Source: Thermoproteus tenax Kra 1 (GTDB lineage: Archaea > Thermoproteota > Thermoprotei > Thermoproteales > Thermoproteaceae). Taken from it: DNA of 32,000 nucleotides. The number at the start of each line of letters is the position of its first letter. Position 1 is the first letter of the stretch. Position numbers and translations under genes: made by a program. The notes under the pieces were generated by a model that did no database searches, was not told the origin of the DNA, and saw only the letters and a program-made list of their open reading frames with translations. Positions 26,787 through 32,000 of this stretch are shown here, piece by piece. The DNA lies in contig NC_016070.1 in NCBI RefSeq assembly GCF_000253055.1, positions 1,020,001 to 1,052,000 of the forward strand, given 5' to 3'.

Positions 26787-27404
26787 AATGACGTACTGTC
26801 GACGTGGCGATTTAAACGTTTACTGATTGGCGCATTTCGACCCATTGCCCATTAAGAGCGACAGTAGATAATTGGTCGCCAGCGATTGTTTTCTGCACAG
26901 AGGTCATCGCCCTTCAGTACGGCGTCGCGATTGCTACTTTTGCTAAGAATTGCGCAACCCCGTAATCTCCGTAGTCTCCGCTATCTGTGGCGAGCCAGGT
27001 GTGAACCACCGACTTGCTGAGGCGCCGCAGCTGAAGATGGCCTTTTCCGCTCTAGGGCCTAAGAACGTCTCTCTAGGTCTTCCGCGGACGCGGGCCCAAG
27101 TCACAGATCTCTACGAGGGGCGGGCCTTGAATCAGACAGTAGACAGTCGGCAGGCTCGCTATGGAGACGGCCAAGCCCCCGCGACAGCCCCTCGGCGGCA
27201 TCTACCTGGGCCCGCCCCCAGTGATGGAGGAAATATGGGGATCGCCGGAGGCCATCGCCTTCAGAGGCCGTGGCGGAACCTTGAGGCCTACGCTGAGGCT
27301 CCCGGACGGCCGCCCCCAACGCCCGCGGGCTCTGTGGGGGCGACAGAAAGTTACTGTTTGCCCCCCTTAAGCGCTCTTTACGCTATATTTATTATCTAGA
27401 GTTA

Positions 27405-28700
27405 ATGTATGTGGACCACTTCTTCGATCTGTTCCTCAAATCGGCGAGGGACAAGATTGGGAAATATCTGGAGTACCAACGCCGTAGTCCCTCCTTCTCC
27501 TCACTGAGGGAGCACATACCCTTCCGCAAGGCCGGCGCAGCTGAAGTCGACGCCCCCAGCGCGGGAGTCGACGGAGGGGTGGGGCTTGTGGAGCTCGACA
27601 ACGGACACAAGATAGTGTTGGCGCGGGCGGCGGCCGTGGGGCGGGGGCTGAGGAAGAGGGAGTTTATAGCCGACGTGTTGATAGTGGACTCCTCGGCGGC
27701 TAAATGGGCGTATCTAATAACGGCGGAGGCGCTGGCGGGGATCTCGGCGCTCGAGGAGGGTGGGTTCGACTATCTGCTCATGGACGGATCCCTCTACGCC
27801 AAAGCGGTTATGCTCATCCACAATCTGATACTCACGAGGGAGTTCCAGTCCATCTTCTATATACCCGAGATCATTCTGGCCCTCTACTCGCTCACAGAGC
27901 TCCTCAAGAAGGCCGAGGAGCAGGGCGTGAGGGCCGTCTTTGTCTCAAAGGACAGCAGATTCAAAGTTCTGAAGGAGTACGCCGCCTTTGAGTCGTTGAG
28001 GGGCAAGCTCGACGACTACATTGTGGAGAGGGGGCTCTCGTGGTACTCCATCATGTGGCTCAGGAGGTTCAGAAGAGAGCTCTCCTCGTACTACCAGCGG
28101 CTCAGAGGAGACCCCGAGGCGTCGGTGGCCTTGGACGCGCTCTTCAGACAGTCTGCCACAGACCACGTGGTCCTCTCAGGCATGAGGGCCAGGACTTACA
28201 CAGTGCCCCTCCTCATGGGCGCCTGCGACGCATATATGTCCTACAAAGGTTTGACTACAGTCAAACGGCTTGTGGACGCAGTGGCGGACAGAGTCGAGGA
28301 CTCAATGGCGTTCAGACAGGAACCCCTCTCCTCTGCCCGCGAGTATTTAGATCTGGCCGAGGGGGCGCTGTCGGCGATGCCCAAGATACTCTTCTTCTAC
28401 CTAAAGCCGGCCGAGGGGGCGGAGCCTCTGTTGGTCGAAGTGCCGCTGCCGGGCAGCAGAATGTTCGACGGCGCCCCCGTGAAGGCCTTCTATCCGCAGG
28501 CCTCGGTGGACGACGTAGTCTCCCTCATTTTGGCCCAGTATAAAGACGACGTCCACTACAACGACTGGCTCTGGTACGCCCACGAGATGGCATCTTTCAA
28601 GTCCAGCCAGCTGGTGGAATACGCGGTCTATCTGAAGAGGATGCTCCAGGAGTCGGGCGTGTCGATGGCCAGGAGGATCAAGATGGGGGCGGGCTTATAG
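27405..28700 (+). CDS. nurA: NurA 5'-3' nuclease
   Basis: GVDGGVGLVEL and LMDGSL acidic motifs, C-terminal HYNDWLWYAHEMASFKS; next to herA. Confidence 0.88.
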   Translation: MYVDHFFDLFLKSARDKIGKYLEYQRRSPSFSSLREHIPFRKAGAAEVDAPSAGVDGGVGLVELDNGHKIVLARAAAVGRGLRKREFIADVLIVDSSAAKWAYLITAEALAGISALEEGGFDYLLMDGSLYAKAVMLIHNLILTREFQSIFYIPEIILALYSLTELLKKAEEQGVRAVFVSKDSRFKVLKEYAAFESLRGKLDDYIVERGLSWYSIMWLRRFRRELSSYYQRLRGDPEASVALDALFRQSATDHVVLSGMRARTYTVPLLMGACDAYMSYKGLTTVKRLVDAVADRVEDSMAFRQEPLSSAREYLDLAEGALSAMPKILFFYLKPAEGAEPLLVEVPLPGSRMFDGAPVKAFYPQASVDDVVSLILAQYKDDVHYNDWLWYAHEMASFKSSQLVEYAVYLKRMLQESGVSMARRIKMGAGL

Positions 28701-28799
28701 AAAGTTTCGTCCTACTCACCTTAACAATTGAGAATCTATCCTATTTAAATACTTCCGATAAAATGATGTGGAAGGGAGGGCCGCGGAGACATTGGGGAT

Positions 28800-30461
28800 A
28801 TGAAGATAGGCTACGTCATAGGGAACTCGACGCCGACGGAGTTCTTGGCTACTCTTGACCCCGAGCGGCCGGTCCGCCTGTATGAGTATGTGGCCGTGGA
28901 CAGCGTCGAGATACCGCCGGAAGAGGAGGAGCAAGTCCAAGTGAGGCTGTTGGGACAAGTGGTGAGGATATTCAGAGACCCCTACCAGCTCAAGAGGGAC
29001 CTCCCTCTGTACGAGGTCGTCGAGGGGGTCTCGCACGACCTCCTGGAGGTTCAGATAGCCAAAGTGAAGATATTGGGCTACCTCTGGAACGGCGAGATAC
29101 ACATGCCCAAAATGCCGCCGAGGATAGGCGCCCCCGTGGTGCTTGCGACGGACGAGGAGGTGGCCGAGCTCTACGGCAGAGGCGAGCTCTGCGTGGGCAG
29201 ACTGGCCGCAAGACCTCTGGATATATGTCTAGATATGGAGGGGATAAAGAGGCACGCCGCAGTAATAGCGGCCACCGGGAGCGGCAAGACTTGGTTCTCG
29301 GTGGTGTTGATAGAGGAGCTGCTGAAGAGGGGCGCCCACGTCGTCGTATTGGATCCCCACGGGGAGTACGTCCCCGTCCGGGACACAGTGCAGAGGCTCG
29401 GCCCAATTGGCGCAGTCACAGTGAGAGTGTCCAGACACCACGCTGGAGACGTGATGTACAAAATAGGGGTGTTGGACATGGACCCCGAGGCGCTCGCCGA
29501 CGCGGCCGGCGTGCCCCCGAAGGCCACGAAGATAAGGTACGCGATATACCTCGCCCACTCTCTCGCCAAGGCGGCCTACAAGAGGGGCTCCCTTAGGAGG
29601 GCCGGCCCCAAGGCTCTGGCCCGGATCCTCCGGGAGGCGCAGAGGGGCGAACAGAGGCTGAGGTCTCTCCTGAAGGGCTGGGGCTACGCAGAGGAGGACG
29701 AGAGAGTCTCCGAGCTCGCCGAGTTGGCCAAGAGGGACAGACACTCTATCTTCAGCGCGTCCGCCTATCTGAAGAAGCTGTCCAGACTCGGCGTATTTGC
29801 CTCCAGGACTACGCCGTTGTCCAAACTGACTTCCAATCTGACGGTGGTAAATCTGGCGGGCGTGGGCGAGGAGATACAGGACTACGTGGCGTGGCACATA
29901 CTCACTAGGATCTTCAGAGCGAGGGTGAGGCACGTGAGAGGCCTCAAGGGGCCCAAGCTGGAGAGGCCCGTCGTAGTCTTCCTTGAGGAGGCGCACAGGT
30001 TCGCCCCGCCCAAATCGGCCAGAAGGACCAGAGCCTACGAGGCTGTGGCGAGGATAGCGGCCGAGGGGAGGAAGTTCGGAGTATATCTGGTGGTAATAAC
30101 CCAGAGGCCCTCCCGCGTGGACCCGGACGTAATGAGCCAGATGCAGTCACAGATCATAATGAGGATCGTCAACCCGAAGGACCAAGAGGCGGTGAGGGAC
30201 AGCAGCGAGCAGCTGGCCCAGGAGTATCTCGAGAACCTCCCCGGCTTAGACAAAGGCGAGGCAGTGATCCTCGGGCCGCTCCTGAGGCTCCCCGCGGTAG
30301 TGAGGCTGAGGGACAGAGTCCTGGAGTACGGAGGAGGGGACATAGCGCTCTCCGAGGCCTGGAGAAGCGAGGAGCCCGGAGGTCGCAATGTTGTGGAGGA
30401 AGGATGTTCGGGAGGCCGCCCGATCCCGCAACGGCGATCTCCGCGTCTGCGTTGCGCATAG
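28800..30461 (+). CDS. herA: HerA bipolar helicase
   Basis: Walker A AATGSGKTWFS, HVVVLDPHGEY, VVFLEEAHRFAP, RPSRVDPDVMSQMQSQIIMRI. The last ~25 codons may be out of the ancestral frame. Confidence 0.93.
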   Translation: MKIGYVIGNSTPTEFLATLDPERPVRLYEYVAVDSVEIPPEEEEQVQVRLLGQVVRIFRDPYQLKRDLPLYEVVEGVSHDLLEVQIAKVKILGYLWNGEIHMPKMPPRIGAPVVLATDEEVAELYGRGELCVGRLAARPLDICLDMEGIKRHAAVIAATGSGKTWFSVVLIEELLKRGAHVVVLDPHGEYVPVRDTVQRLGPIGAVTVRVSRHHAGDVMYKIGVLDMDPEALADAAGVPPKATKIRYAIYLAHSLAKAAYKRGSLRRAGPKALARILREAQRGEQRLRSLLKGWGYAEEDERVSELAELAKRDRHSIFSASAYLKKLSRLGVFASRTTPLSKLTSNLTVVNLAGVGEEIQDYVAWHILTRIFRARVRHVRGLKGPKLERPVVVFLEEAHRFAPPKSARRTRAYEAVARIAAEGRKFGVYLVVITQRPSRVDPDVMSQMQSQIIMRIVNPKDQEAVRDSSEQLAQEYLENLPGLDKGEAVILGPLLRLPAVVRLRDRVLEYGGGDIALSEAWRSEEPGGRNVVEEGCSGGRPIPQRRSPRLRCA

Positions 30462-30629
30462 TGAGGATCTCCTCTGAGAACGGCGTCTGGAGGGCCTTGT
30501 TCGACGACGGCGCCGAGGCCGAGGCATCGGGTCCAGTTGGGCTACGCCAAATGCTCCAAATGCGGGGGCTCGGGCTGCCGCCACGTGTACCGCCTTTTGT
30601 CTGAGCGGCGAGGAGGCCGAGCGCCGGCG
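30404..30629 (+). other. Zinc-knuckle module split over two frames, 3' part in frame with mre11
   Basis: Frame A ALRIVRISSENGVWRALFDDGAEAEASGPV, then frame B GYAKCSKCGGSGCRHVYRLLSERRGGRAPA running without a stop into MKIAHISDAHLG. Confidence 0.5.
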
Positions 30630-31766
30630 ATGAAGATAGCGCACATCAGCGACGCGCACCTCGGCAGACAACAGTACCATTTGGCCGAGCGGGAGGAGGA
30701 CTACTACGCGGCGTTCGCAGAGGCTCTGAGGGCCGCCAGAGAGGCCGACGCAGTGCTTGTGACGGGGGATCTCTTCGACGCCCGCAGGCCCAGCACTAGG
30801 GCTCTGCTGAGGGCGCTCGAGATAATCGCCGAGTCCGGCATGAGGGTCTACGCCATAGGGGGGAACCACGACTTCAGCTACCTCCGTCCCGAGGACACGC
30901 CTCTGAGGATCTTGGACAAAGTGGGCCTAGCAAAACTTGTGTGCTTCAGGGAGGAGGATCTGGGCGGCGTCTGGCTCTACGGGGCCTGCGCCATGCCCAA
31001 GTCCAGAGCGGAGGAGTATAGGCAGAGGATCGCCTCGGCCAGGCCCGGCTCAGTCTTGGCTATACATCAAGCGGTCGAGGGGGTCAGAGCCAGCTACCCC
31101 GCCTCGGCCGACGAATATACAATGCCCCAGAGGGTCTTCGCCGGCCTAAAGGCAGTTCACATAGCGGCTGGGCACGTGCACGACCACGGGGCGAGGCACC
31201 CCCTGGGGATCCTCTGGGCGGGCTCTCTGGAGATCTGGGACTCGAGCGAGTTCGAGGTGTGGGACTGGGTCCAGGGGAGGTGGGAGAAGGCGCAGGACGC
31301 AGCCCCCAAGGGGTTCTACATAATAGACGTCTCCGGGAAGGCGGCCTCAGTGAAGGAGATCGTCCTCAAGCCCAGGAGGCGCGCAGTGAAGCTCAGAGTG
31401 TTCGCAAGAGAGCCGAAGGACTTCGAGATAGCCCTCAACTCCGCCGTCCCGCTCTTCGACTCAAAGGGGGTGCTAGTCAGAGTGGAGCTCTACGGAGAGG
31501 TGGCGGAGCAGCTCCGCCTGGGGGACTACGAGGGTCTGTTCGCCAGAGCTATCCCCGTGGGAGTAGTGGACAAGACCAAGAGGCGGGAGCAGAGGGCCGT
31601 GAGGGCGGGCTCGGCGTATGAGGCCGTGGAGAAGGCGTTGAGGGAGAGGCTTGGAGACGGGGCCAATGCTGTGGCGAGGGCTCTGGCCTATCTGAGGGAT
31701 GGAGATAAGGCGATGGCGAAGAGGATTATGGAACAGTGGATCTATGCTAAAGTGGATAGAGGTTAG
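30630..31766 (+). CDS. mre11: Mre11 nuclease
   Basis: MKIAHISDAHLGRQQ, LVTGDLFD, GGNHD, AAGHVHDHG phosphoesterase motifs. Confidence 0.93.
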   Translation: MKIAHISDAHLGRQQYHLAEREEDYYAAFAEALRAAREADAVLVTGDLFDARRPSTRALLRALEIIAESGMRVYAIGGNHDFSYLRPEDTPLRILDKVGLAKLVCFREEDLGGVWLYGACAMPKSRAEEYRQRIASARPGSVLAIHQAVEGVRASYPASADEYTMPQRVFAGLKAVHIAAGHVHDHGARHPLGILWAGSLEIWDSSEFEVWDWVQGRWEKAQDAAPKGFYIIDVSGKAASVKEIVLKPRRRAVKLRVFAREPKDFEIALNSAVPLFDSKGVLVRVELYGEVAEQLRLGDYEGLFARAIPVGVVDKTKRREQRAVRAGSAYEAVEKALRERLGDGANAVARALAYLRDGDKAMAKRIMEQWIYAKVDRG

Positions 31767-32000
31767 GAACTTCAAGGCACACGAGGAGTTCTCCACAGAC
31801 TTCGTCGAAGGGGTCAACTTCATCTACGGGCCCAACGGCGCCGGCAAGTCCAGCCTCCTGGAGGCCGTCGCAGTGGCCCTCTACGGATCCAAGTGGCTCC
31901 AGAAGATAAAGGCCAAGTGGTCAGACCTAGTGAGGAGGGGGGCGCCGGAGGCCTCAGTGGAGCTCTCCTTCGTGGGGCTGGACGGAGTGGAGTACACAGT
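31744..32000 (+). CDS. rad50: Rad50 ATPase, N-terminal part (runs off the window)
   Basis: MLKWIEVRNFKAHEEFSTDFVEGVNFIYGPNGAGKSSLLEAVAVALYG with Walker A; overlaps mre11 by 23 nt. Confidence 0.93.
   Translation, partial: MLKWIEVRNFKAHEEFSTDFVEGVNFIYGPNGAGKSSLLEAVAVALYGSKWLQKIKAKWSDLVRRGAPEASVELSFVGLDGVEYT

Noticed and set aside
30969-31312. Antisense ORFs over mre11 and other operon genes
   Set aside because: Compositional artefacts opposite well-supported coding sequence.
1-32000. tRNA or rRNA genes
   Set aside because: No T-loop-like GGTTCRANNC segment with matching stems noticed on either strand. Introns or permuted tRNAs could be missed, so tRNAscan-SE should be run.

Overview
The window looks like a chromosomal segment from a Thermoproteaceae-type crenarchaeon (PaREP1-family gene, leaderless genes with TATA boxes ~22-25 nt upstream, NurA/HerA/Mre11/Rad50 cluster). 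Main content, left to right: a PaREP1 gene cut by the window edge; a decayed membrane/secreted protein gene; nrdG and nrdD (minus strand); a relic zone with three of the window's four IS200/IS605-like GC hairpins and PaREP1 debris; a cas6-like gene broken by a one-base frameshift; three uncharacterised genes (one winged-helix protein and a tandem pair of probable paralogs); a dissimilatory sulfite reductase locus (dsrC, orf131, dsrB, dsrA, dsrM on minus, dsrK divergent on plus); a winged-helix gene; a sulfide:quinone-oxidoreductase-like gene with DUF1641-like partner; CbiA/DsrN-like amidase plus tetrapyrrole methyltransferase; a sulfite-oxidase-fold protein; an MBL-fold protein; a formate dehydrogenase operon (small ORF, fdhA, fdhB, cytochrome b, fdhE, fdhD); another winged-helix gene; and nurA-herA-(zinc module)-mre11-rad50. 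I do not see a clearly new multi-gene system. The best leads are the hairpin/PaREP1 relic zone, the orphan frameshifted cas6, the tandem paralog pair, the Cys-cluster winged-helix genes next to redox operons, and a zinc-knuckle module in frame with Mre11. No database searches or computations were run; all alignments are by eye.
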